From contig CAWCXJ010000009.1 of assembly GCA_963799485.1 (NCBI GenBank), positions 32,001 to 96,000 of the forward strand: DNA of 64,000 nucleotides. Direction: 5' to 3'. Below the pieces are notes generated by a model. It ran no database searches. It worked only from the letters and a program-made list of their open reading frames with translations, and was not told the origin of the DNA. The stretch's first letter is position 1, and each line of letters begins with the position of its first letter. The DNA is from an uncultured Trueperaceae bacterium (GTDB lineage: Bacteria > Deinococcota > Deinococci > Deinococcales > Trueperaceae). Both the position numbers and the translations under genes were made by a program. Positions 59,890 to 64,000 of this stretch are shown in pieces.

Positions 59890-60384
59890 GTGTCCAAACC
59901 ACTCAAACCACTCGCTACCGGGGTTCTTTTAGCAGCCAGCCTTTTTGTAAGCGCAGGTTTCGCCCAGATGGGTGCCGACGGAACCCGGACCCATGTCGAC
60001 GCCCAAATCCACTTTGCCGATACGCCCGACCAGCTCGCCCACCACTACTGTATGGGCGTGGCGAACGGTGTCAACGAGTGCCTTATTTATCTGAGCGATG
60101 ATACCGACGCGCCGCTCGTGGCGGTCGAGGACGTCATCGACGCCGCCACCTTCGAGAGCCTCAGCGCCGACGAGCAAAGCTTCTGGCACTCCAACGACGA
60201 AGAGGCCGCCAACGGCTCCGAGCCGGTTTTGCCCGACGCCGGCGAAGAACAAGTGCAGGCCTTCAAGCAGAGCATGGGCGGCACCTACGGCAAACTCGTG
60301 CGTCTGTGGAATCTTCAAGACGGGCTTCCGCTAGGCCAACCCGAGGTCATCTATCCGGCAGGCACCGGCCAGCAAGCGCAGTAA
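59890..60384 (+). CDS. Secreted DUF1264/OBAP-family protein
   Basis: Signal peptide; AHHYC...ECLIY....DAPLVAVE...FWHS...YGK; RBS AAAGGA. Confidence 0.75.
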   Translation: MSKPLKPLATGVLLAASLFVSAGFAQMGADGTRTHVDAQIHFADTPDQLAHHYCMGVANGVNECLIYLSDDTDAPLVAVEDVIDAATFESLSADEQSFWHSNDEEAANGSEPVLPDAGEEQVQAFKQSMGGTYGKLVRLWNLQDGLPLGQPEVIYPAGTGQQAQ

Positions 60385-60407
60385 CGCATTTTTAAGCGAC
60401 TACGGAA

Positions 60408-60435
60408 GCTGCTCCCCTACCTAGCGGGAGCAGTC
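60408..60435 (+). terminator. Hairpin/terminator between secreted-protein genes
   Basis: GCTGCTCCC-loop-GGGAGCAGT. Confidence 0.5.
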
Positions 60436-60476
60436 ACCTTTTCACACCGTGAATTTACACCGTGAAGGAGACCCCT

Positions 60477-60989
60477 ATGCACAAGCGTTTTACAACCCTA
60501 CTCTTTCTCAGCGCCGTTTTGGCGCTAGGTTCGGCCTTCGCTCAGAGCGAGCCGCAACCTCTGAGCGTCAAAGCCGTCATGTCACCGCAAGACCAGATTC
60601 GCTACGACTTTCCCACCGACGCCCCGCGCTTCGTGTTGCTCGTGCAGCGTACGGGCACGCTCTCGGGCACTGATCTCTTCGACGGCGCAGCGGCCACCGA
60701 ATACGGTATGCACGACATCGCGCCCGGGGACGAAGGGATAGCGCGCGGCTACGTGATTGTCGAGATAGAGGGCGGTCAAGCCTTTATCCAGTACGAACTG
60801 CAAGCGACTTTCGTGCCGGGAGCGGATGGGCCGGTCAACCTCGACAACGGCTTCTGGCGCTTTACCGGCGGCACGGGCTCGCTCGCAGGTATAGAGGGCG
60901 CGGGCACCATGCACATCGAACCGACTTCGGAAACCGACCGCGAGTTCTCGTTCGAAGGCGAGTACGTTCTGCCCAACAGTGGCGGCTGA
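60477..60989 (+). CDS. Secreted beta-barrel hypothetical protein
   Basis: RBS AAGGAG, signal peptide AFA/Q; WRFTGGTGSLAGIEGAG. Confidence 0.7.
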   Translation: MHKRFTTLLFLSAVLALGSAFAQSEPQPLSVKAVMSPQDQIRYDFPTDAPRFVLLVQRTGTLSGTDLFDGAAATEYGMHDIAPGDEGIARGYVIVEIEGGQAFIQYELQATFVPGADGPVNLDNGFWRFTGGTGSLAGIEGAGTMHIEPTSETDREFSFEGEYVLPNSGG

Positions 60990-61289
60990 CGGAACATTTT
61001 TACAGTTCTTCATATAGTGAGGTTTGGACAGCCCTGCTGCAACCTTTGTGCCAACATTCTGGCGCTCGGCTCGAGCCTGACGGTTCATACGGTAGCTAGC
61101 GCCCCGAGGGAAACGGGATGAGGTTTGGTGGCTCCTGGACGCTGCTACGAATCGCTGCTTGGCATTGTCGTCATCCGGCTAGGGAAGTCGTCGCTTCGGC
61201 GCTGGCGCTTATTACGGTGCCGCTTCGGGCGTTCGCTCGCGGCGCGCCCTTCAACCCTCGTCCTCTCTCGCAAGCTTGAAAGGAAAAAG

Positions 61290-62102
61290 ATGCCACGAAA
61301 CCTTGTGACTCTGTTTATCGCTCTCGCTTCATTCGTCCTTGGTTCATTCGGCCTGGCGCAACCCCTCACCGCGCAACCCATCGCTCCCTTGCTGGCGACA
61401 CCCCTCGAGATGTCAGACATTACCCCGCAGTCCGCGACGCTTGAGCTCACCACCAGCGCGGCGCTCGCCTGCGTGGTGGTCTACGGCACCGACGAAGGCT
61501 TCGGTCAGCTCGCGCTCGACCAGTCTATGGGCGCGAGCGCCCACCAGGACCACCTGGTGAATTTGCGCGGCCTGTCACCCGACACCGAGTACTTTTACCG
61601 CGTGCAGGGCAGCGACCCGCAGGGCACCTTTTACGCCAGCGACACCCTGAGTTTCCGCACACCGCCCGCCGACGAGACGGCGAGTTTGGGCGTCAACGTG
61701 GCGACGCTGGCAAAGGGCGCGTCCGTCGCCGGGGTGAGCAGCGAATTCAGCAGCAGCTTCGCCGCCCGAAACGCCATCGACGGCGACCCGGCGACCGAGT
61801 GGTCCTCGCAGGGCGACGGGAACGAGGCGTCTATCACCGTCGCCTTGGCTGAACCTACCGAAGTGACAGGTTTCGGCCTGTGGACGCGCACGATGGGCAC
61901 GTCCGCCCAGATCGGCCGTTTCGAGGTCGAGAACGAGGCGGGCGAAACCTTCGGGCCCTTCGAGATTCCCGACGCGGGCGGTCTCTACACGTTTCCTGCC
62001 GAGGCGCAGGGACAGACCTTCACCTTTCGGGTGGTGGACAGTAGCGGGGGCAATACGGGCGTGGTGGCGGTGGAGGTTTACGCCGCCGAAGCGGCGCGGT
62101 AA
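61290..62102 (+). CDS. Secreted FN3/PAP-N-like plus discoidin (F5/8 type C) domain protein
   Basis: HLVNLRGLSPDTEYFYRV; NVAT..GASV..SSE..AARNAIDGDPATEWSS. Confidence 0.78.
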   Translation: MPRNLVTLFIALASFVLGSFGLAQPLTAQPIAPLLATPLEMSDITPQSATLELTTSAALACVVVYGTDEGFGQLALDQSMGASAHQDHLVNLRGLSPDTEYFYRVQGSDPQGTFYASDTLSFRTPPADETASLGVNVATLAKGASVAGVSSEFSSSFAARNAIDGDPATEWSSQGDGNEASITVALAEPTEVTGFGLWTRTMGTSAQIGRFEVENEAGETFGPFEIPDAGGLYTFPAEAQGQTFTFRVVDSSGGNTGVVAVEVYAAEAAR

Positions 62103-62185
62103 GGCGGCGCGGCGGCTGCCTGGATACCGGCTCACCCCGAAGCTCTTCCGGGCAGTTTGGGGTGAGCCGGCAGCGGTCTCTGCGC

Positions 62186-62746
62186 CTACTCGCTGCTGGC
62201 GACCGTCACGTCACCGACCATCGGCGGATGCACCACGCAGATGTAGGTCGCGACGCGGTCGGCGAGCGCCTGGGTGAGGGTAAACGCGACCGTCGTGCCG
62301 TCGTCCACGAAGTTGATGTCGGCGTCTTGTGCCAGCGCCCCCTCGGTCGAGCCCTGCGCCAGCAGGTAGTTGTCGGCGGCGTCGCGCAGGGCGAAGGGGT
62401 GAACCTGCGCTTGCGGGTTGCTGAACGTGTAGCGCCTGCCGACCTCGAGCTGCAGGGTGGGGTTTTGCGCGTCGAGTTCGGTCAGGTTCTGTGCGCCGCT
62501 GACTTCGGTCACGAGCCAGGCGCTGGCACCGACATAATCCAAACTCACGCTCACCGCCTCGGCAACGTCGCCGGCTTGCGCGGCAGCGGGCGCTGCACTC
62601 GCCTGGGGATTCTCTTGCGACGGGGTCGCCGTTGCTGCCTGGGGCGAGTTGACTTGCTGGTTGCCGCCGTTGTTGGGCGCGCAAGCGGCCAGCAGTCCCA
62701 AAACGAGTACGGCGGTGAGGTGCGTGAACTTAGGCATATCGGTCAC
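62186..62746 (-). CDS. Cupredoxin (type-1 copper) lipoprotein
   Basis: Lipobox LAAC; QVHPF...YICVVHPPMVG gives His/Cys/His/Met ligands. Confidence 0.8.
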   Translation of the reverse strand: MTDMPKFTHLTAVLVLGLLAACAPNNGGNQQVNSPQAATATPSQENPQASAAPAAAQAGDVAEAVSVSLDYVGASAWLVTEVSGAQNLTELDAQNPTLQLEVGRRYTFSNPQAQVHPFALRDAADNYLLAQGSTEGALAQDADINFVDDGTTVAFTLTQALADRVATYICVVHPPMVGDVTVASSE

Positions 62747-62839
62747 TCTCTTTCTCTGCGAGGTTGCAGGGGTAGTATCGGTTCGACCTTAGCAGGGTCA
62801 TGTGAATGTTCCATTAGGTGGCAGCGCATAGCGGCGCAC

Positions 62840-63536
62840 TCACGCTTCGGTTCGGGGGGCGGTTCGGCGCTGGGACTCGACCCTGACCAGCTTCAGGTAG
62901 GCCGCCATTTGCAAGCCGACGAGGCCCAGGGTGAGCGCTAGAAACGGCCAGCGAAACCAGTTGGGGTCGGCGGGTACGTTGCGGTGGAACGAAGCGGTGT
63001 AGTGCATGAAGAGAAAGTAAGCGGTGTGCAGCGCGACAAGGTAAAACACGGTGTAGCTGCTCAACTGCAAAAACTTCCAACCTCTGCCCCCGAGCTTGCG
63101 CGTGGCCCAGTCGGTCGAGGTCGCCATCAAGAGCAGCGTAATGATCATGGCCACCAAGCCCCAGCAGGTTCGACAGACCGAAGCCGGGCTCGAGCCTGAC
63201 CCAACGATCCAACTGAGGGACGAAGTCGTAGCCCAGAAAGCGTAAAACGCTCCAGCGTGCCCAGCCGTTTAGAACCAGCACAGTGTGGAGCAGCGCCAAG
63301 ATTCCGAACCACACGCCGAGTTCACGGCGGTAAGGTAGTAAGCGCTGCACCGCCTGCGGCCACAGTTTGGAGACCGGGCCGAGGGTGAGAGCGAGAAACA
63401 GCAGAATAAGACTGCCGTCGCCCACGGCGCGCCAGAAACGCATTTCCGGGTCCCATTGCGGCCGCGACAGCCAAAAAACAAGGCTGAGCAGCAAGCCCAG
63501 CGCGGCGACCGGCAGGTTTTTCCGGAAGCGCACCAT
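62840..63536 (-). pseudogene. Ferric reductase-like / MsrQ-family heme membrane protein, single frameshift near 63160
   Basis: TLGP...YRRELG...ALLH; continues in another frame as LMATS....RKLGGRGWKFLQ...LVALH. One extra base in a G run. Confidence 0.78.
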
Positions 63537-63659
63537 AGCCCCAACATAAACCCCGTCTGTAAAGACACGATAAAGAGACCCACGACTTTATGTGCACTTT
63601 ACAAACCTGCCGTAACTTGGAACTTCGTGGGCGGGTGCAGTTCTCACGCAGACAGTTTC

Positions 63660-63832
63660 TCAAGGTTAAGCGTATTACCCTTGGTGAGGAGATCATCGCA
63701 AGAGCAGGCGGCGAACCTGTCGCCAAACTCAGTCCGCCGGCACGGCACCTAAGCGCGTACGACAAAGGGGTAAGGGTTACAGACGGCTTCTTCGATCCTC
63801 TACCTCCTGCGATTCCGAACGCCTTCGAGTAG
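63660..63832 (+). pseudogene. Phd/YefM-type antitoxin remnant
   Basis: LGEEIIARAGGEPVAKL...DGFFDPLP...AFE; N-terminus degenerate and no toxin follows. Confidence 0.5.
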
Positions 63833-63834
63833 AT

Positions 63835-64000
63835 TGCCGAATACCTCTTTGAAGATAGCGCGCCGTGCCCCTGCTTGGAGAGCGAAGGTGGCCTGATAAA
63901 CGCGTTTTTTCGTGAGGGTGGCAAAAAAGCTTTCGATGTTAAACAGACAGGCTAACGCGGACCGTGTTCCCAGCCTGAGCGCCAACCTCCGGGACACCGA
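63835..64000 (-). pseudogene. IS3-family transposase C-terminal remnant
   Basis: IESFFATLTKKRVYQATF....ARRAIF.EVF resembles the ESFFxxLKxE...AIFEYIEVFYN tail. Confidence 0.6.

Noticed and set aside
62162..62941. 259-aa plus-strand ORF and other long antisense ORFs
   Set aside because: High-GC shadow frames opposite genes with clear motifs.

Overview
GC-rich bacterial chromosome segment, most likely Deinococcota (Truepera-like). This is inferred from the gene set, the MurE motif and a MoaD-MoaE fusion. The left end (1-5.3 kb) is a decayed mobile-island edge: the 5' part of an SNF2-type helicase that the ORF track missed, a tRNA 3'-fragment att-like site with terminator and direct repeats, a truncated VirD4 coupling protein, an IS3 element and an IS630 remnant. 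The core (5.4-31 kb) holds housekeeping and envelope genes: AlgX-like acetyltransferase, murE, two deoxynucleoside kinases, a broken MFS pump with a structured leader, a DUF6883/DUF4926 pair, acyl-ACP desaturase, alr, ftsX with an EnvC-like gene, a class III cyclase, guaD and an amidase. A surface-glycan locus spans 31.3-50.7 kb: Wzz-like, ugd, three GTs, gmd/rmd, rmlADCB, uppS and three O-antigen-ligase-family proteins, one of them fused to the initiating transferase WbaP. Then come moaD-moaE, hrcA, an M20 hydrolase, an EVE protein and YczE. The right end (57-64 kb) is an IS-bounded island with a SufR-like regulator, secreted proteins, a cupredoxin lipoprotein and a ferric-reductase-like membrane protein. 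The most notable sequence-level signals are: tiny (about 22-42 bp) mostly hairpin-forming inserts in the IS transposases, CTCGAG as a highly iterated palindrome, pervasive 11-18 bp tandem duplications at gene ends, and the ligase-WbaP fusion. All calls were made by eye; no database search was run.
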